From Gammaproteobacteria bacterium (lineage in GTDB: Bacteria; Pseudomonadota; Gammaproteobacteria; Poriferisulfidales; GCA-002705445), in assembly GCA_029268385.1 (NCBI GenBank), contig JAQWPG010000009.1, positions 6,077 to 70,076 of the forward strand: a stretch of DNA of 64,000 bases, in the 5' to 3' direction. How positions within the stretch are numbered: the first letter of the stretch is position 1; every line of letters begins with the position of its first letter. The notes beneath the pieces were generated by a model, which had not been told where the DNA came from, made no database searches, and saw nothing but the letters and a program-made list of their open reading frames with translations. This document shows, in pieces, positions 63,753-64,000 of this stretch. The translations under genes and the position numbers were made by a program.

Positions 63753-64000
63753 AATTCTTGGTTTATTTTTTTTAATTGAATATATACAGCGCCAGTCCCT
63801 CCATCTTTCTGCTGAGCAGAATGATAAGCTAATATATTTGGGTTGTATTGTAAATACTGATCCACAAAGTTTTTTAGTTTTGGCCCATTTGGACCGGAAC
63901 CATATCCTTTGCCATGAATTATAATCCCAACCAAATTATCTTCCATTTGTAATTTTGGTAGCCAAATATCTAGAAAATTTTCAGCTTCAATAAGATTTTT
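63749..64000 (-). CDS. Smr-domain protein, C-terminal part. The gene continues beyond the right edge.
   Basis: The reverse frame is open from 64000 and reads ...LDIWLPKLQMEDNLVGIIIHGKGYGSGPNGPKLKNFVDQYL.... This is the Smr motif (L-D-L/I...IIHGKG). The ORF-track start at M 63946 is internal. Confidence 0.55.
   Translation of the reverse strand, partial: KNLIEAENFLDIWLPKLQMEDNLVGIIIHGKGYGSGPNGPKLKNFVDQYLQYNPNILAYHSAQQKDGGTGAVYIQLKKINQEL

Overview
The window joins two compositionally distinct pieces. Bases 1 to about 8,936 are moderately GC-rich gammaproteobacterial-type DNA (mid-40s % GC by eye). They carry a polA 5' fragment, a SCO1/SenC gene, heme O synthase (ctaB), and an aa3/caa3-type cytochrome c oxidase cluster: subunit II fused to a di-heme cytochrome c, subunit I, two subunit-III paralogs and a small subunit IV-like protein. 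The piece ends with aroE and the C-terminal part of hemF. Near 8,935 to 8,945 the DNA switches abruptly to very AT-rich (about 30% GC by eye), densely packed coding sequence. Its gene order is typical of a small, low-GC marine gammaproteobacterium (SAR86-like is only a guess). Both genes that abut the switch point (hemF and a LivH/LivM-type permease) are truncated, so the joint looks like an assembly or concatenation artefact rather than a natural island boundary. The AT-rich part carries livF, rraA, aceA-icd, dnaX-ybaB-recR, orn, nadB, htrA, lepA, folP, phhB, terC and a periplasmic methanethiol-oxidase module (SCO1, SBP56/MtoX, SCO-like, MauG-like di-heme peroxidase, TlpA). It continues with nagZ, mscS, mfd, a complete ccmABCDEFGH operon, lolCD, msbA-lpxK-ycaR-kdsB, glyA, nrdR-ribD-ribE-ribBA-ribH-nusB-thiL-pgpA, moaA/mog/moaE/moeA and three tRNAs (Ser-GGA, Ser-TGA, Ala-GGC). 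I saw no CRISPR array, integrase, transposase or recognisable defence system. The points most worth a second look are the chimeric joint, the MtoX maturation module with its promoter and upstream direct repeats, a 9-bp in-frame tandem repeat at the start of the SCO-like gene, and several unassignable secreted or small proteins.
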